NCBI GenBank assembly: GCA_964291415.2
Contig: OZ219918.1
Coordinates: 928,001-992,000, forward strand
Length of the DNA stretch: 64,000 bases
Direction of reading: 5' to 3'
Origin: Alphaproteobacteria bacterium
GTDB lineage: Bacteria > Pseudomonadota > Alphaproteobacteria > SP197
In this document: in pieces, positions 61,962 to 64,000 of the stretch
Numbering within the stretch: position 1 is the first letter of the stretch
How the letters are laid out: every line of letters begins with the position of its first letter
Notes under the pieces: generated by a model
Databases searched by the model: none
The model's input: the letters and a program-made list of their open reading frames with translations, nothing else
Told to the model about the DNA's origin: nothing
Program-made: the position numbers and the translations under genes

Positions 61962-62414
61962 TCAGTCCTTCTCCCAGCGGGCTGCGGCATCGTCGTCATG
62001 GGCGCGGGCCTCGACCCAGCGGCTGCCGTCGGGTGTTTCCTCGAGCTTCCAGAAGGGCGCCCTTGTCTTCAGCCAGTCGATCAGGAAGGCGCAGGCCTCG
62101 AGGGCGGCGTGGCGATGCGCCGAGGCCGTCACCACCAGCACGATCCGGTCGCCGGGCTTGAGGCGGCCGTACCGGTGGATAATGAGGCTCGCCTCCAGCG
62201 GCCAGCGGCGGCAGGCCTCCTCGTCGATCTCCCGCAGCATCCTCTCGGTCATCCCGGGATAGTGTTCCAGTGTCATTGAGGATGGGCGGCCATCGCCTGC
62301 CATGTCGCGCACCACGCCGACGAAAGAGGCGATGGCGCCGAGCGATGTCGAGTTGGAGGCGATGGCCTCCATCTCGGCCGCAATGTCGAAGTCCTCTGCC
62401 TGGACGCGAATCAC
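61962..62414 (-). CDS. moaE: Molybdopterin synthase catalytic subunit
   Basis: LEHYPGMT, HRYGRL, SAHR, LKTRAPFWKLE. Confidence 0.96.
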   Translation of the reverse strand: MIRVQAEDFDIAAEMEAIASNSTSLGAIASFVGVVRDMAGDGRPSSMTLEHYPGMTERMLREIDEEACRRWPLEASLIIHRYGRLKPGDRIVLVVTASAHRHAALEACAFLIDWLKTRAPFWKLEETPDGSRWVEARAHDDDAAARWEKD

Positions 62415-62419
62415 GGGAC

Positions 62420-62671
62420 CTAACCGCCGGTCACCGGAGGGAAGAGAGCGACCTCGTCATCGTCCGTGACCGGAGTGCCGGCATGGCCATAGGCCTGGTT
62501 GACCGCAATGCGCACATGACCGGGTTGCGCGAGAGCCTCGGCGTAGACACCGCCACGCCGTTTCAGCCAGTCGACAAGCCCTCCCGCATCGACAATGTCC
62601 GCGGGAAGCGTGATCTCCTCGCCGGCAAGGCCGATGGTCTGCCTGACGGACGCGAAATAGAGAAGCTTCAC
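62420..62671 (-). CDS. moaD: Molybdopterin synthase sulfur carrier
   Basis: KLLYFA, AVNQ, DEVALFPPVTGG. Confidence 0.96.
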   Translation of the reverse strand: MKLLYFASVRQTIGLAGEEITLPADIVDAGGLVDWLKRRGGVYAEALAQPGHVRIAVNQAYGHAGTPVTDDDEVALFPPVTGG

Positions 62672-62699
62672 GGCGCGTCATTCCCCTGTGTGTGGAACG

Positions 62700-63911
62700 T
62701 CATGACAGGACCTCGCTGAACGGCAGCACCTCGATCATGTCACCAGCCTCGAGGCGCGTCATGTCTTCGGGGAGTTCGGCGAGGCCGTCGGTGTCGACCA
62801 GCGACGACAGCAGGCCGGCACCTTCCCTGTCGAAGGCGTGGGCCTCGGTCACGCCGTCAGCGTTGCGGCGCAGGTGGACACGGACGTACTCGCGGCGCCC
62901 GCCCCTCTTGTTGCGGGCGAATGCCGAGCGAACGTCGAAAGTCATCGGCGCGATATCGACAGCACCGCCGAGGCGCAGCAGCAACGGCCGGGCGAAGCGC
63001 AGAAAGGTCACCATGGCCGCGGCCGGATTGCCGGGCAGCCCGATGAACGTCGCATGGCCGATGTCCCCGAGCACCAGCGGGCGGCCGGGCTTGATCGCCA
63101 TGTACCAGGCATGGAGCGTGCCGTGTTCACGGACGGTGCGCTGCACGTGATCTTCATCGCCGACGGAAACCCCGCCCGATGTCATGAGCGCATGATGCTC
63201 ACCGGCGGCGTCGAGAATGGCCCGCCGGGTCGCGACCGCATCATCAGGCAGGATGCCGAGATCGGTGACCGTGCAGCCGACGGCCTCGAGCAGCGCCCGC
63301 ACGGCGTGACGGTTGGCATCGAAGATGGCACCGGGCCTGAGAACGCCTGGCGGATCGGTGACCTCGTCACCTGTCGAGAAGAGGGCGACCCGGAGTTGCT
63401 CCCTGCAGGGCAGGGCCGTGAGCCCCGTCGAGGCTGCAAGACCGATGTCGAACGGTCCCAACCGGCGCCCCTGGCGCAGGATGGTGCTTCCTGCGGCGAC
63501 GTCCTCGCCGGCCTCGCGCCTGTTGGCGCCGCGCCGGGTGCGGGAATCGAGAACGATCGAGTCACCCTCGGTGCGGACATTCTCCTGCATGGCAACCGTG
63601 TCGCAGCCGTCGGGCATCGGCGCTCCGGTGAAGATGCGGATGGCTTCGCCCCGCCGCGCCTGGCGGTCGAGGGCCATGCCTGCGGCCACTCTCGCCGTCA
63701 CGGGAAGGAACGTTTCACCGGCCTCGGCGAGATCGTCATGGAAGAACGCGTAGCCGTCGACGGCGGCGTTGGCGTGGGGAGGAACATCCATCGTCGAGAC
63801 GATGTCACGGGCAAGAATGCGCCCTGCGGCACGGGCAAGCGGAACGTCCTGGGTGGATGTCACCGGGGTGGCAATGCGCGAGACGAGATCGAGCGCCTCC
63901 GCCGCCGTCAT
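62700..63911 (-). CDS. moeA: Molybdopterin molybdotransferase MoeA (frame stays open to the window edge; true start may be upstream)
   Basis: NAAVDGYA, RIFTGAPMP, FSTGDE, TSGGVSVGDED, IKPGRP, GLPGNP. Confidence 0.96.
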   Translation of the reverse strand: MTAAEALDLVSRIATPVTSTQDVPLARAAGRILARDIVSTMDVPPHANAAVDGYAFFHDDLAEAGETFLPVTARVAAGMALDRQARRGEAIRIFTGAPMPDGCDTVAMQENVRTEGDSIVLDSRTRRGANRREAGEDVAAGSTILRQGRRLGPFDIGLAASTGLTALPCREQLRVALFSTGDEVTDPPGVLRPGAIFDANRHAVRALLEAVGCTVTDLGILPDDAVATRRAILDAAGEHHALMTSGGVSVGDEDHVQRTVREHGTLHAWYMAIKPGRPLVLGDIGHATFIGLPGNPAAAMVTFLRFARPLLLRLGGAVDIAPMTFDVRSAFARNKRGGRREYVRVHLRRNADGVTEAHAFDREGAGLLSSLVDTDGLAELPEDMTRLEAGDMIEVLPFSEVLS

Positions 63912-64000
63912 CAGCCGGTCGCCGCGCGCTTCGGGACTCGCCAGGCCGGAATTCAGGGGGCGATGCCTGGAGTCGGGGGGGCGTGTCGGTGCAGGACTCA

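Noticed and set aside
1-64000. tRNA, rRNA, integrase, prophage or reverse transcriptase genes
   Set aside because: No recognisable signatures found by manual reading

Overview
GC-rich alphaproteobacterial chromosome segment; gene order is Rhodospirillales-like. The accessory content (sulfoacetate, DMSP-lyase-like and betaine catabolism, many toxin-antitoxin genes) suggests a marine, possibly host-associated organism (inference). Core backbone: suhB-like/efp, tkt-gap-pgk, zapA-6S RNA-ygfA, dinG/lysS (class I), ycaQ, DyP-mtnP-apt, prs-rplY-pth-ychF, lgt-MidA-pgeF, ubiK-ybjN-proC-TetR-csaA, MarR-OmpR-kinase/ilvE and moeA-moaD-moaE. Small accessory blocks interrupt it: hipBA; a CocE hydrolase; LacI-TTT-sauS-sauT; a Rieske oxygenase; ExoIII-like plus AAA/DUF4143; NYN; DUF433/DUF5615 with a transposase remnant and a dddP-like gene; LytTR-DUF2141-carotenoid oxygenase; a decayed type I R-M locus holding MNT-HEPN; and an enolase-family epimerase. 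The most striking unannotated structure is that at least four blocks, none with a recognisable integrase, are bracketed by long (about 75-280 bp) diverged direct repeats copying the end of the adjacent gene (apt, Rieske oxygenase, pgeF-prs junction, moaE). Other highlights are a structured leader RNA before the NYN nuclease and catalytically degenerate ExoIII and SuhB proteins. Frameshifts in gap, pgk and others are probably sequencing/consensus errors. All alignments and family calls were made by eye from motif recall, without database searches.
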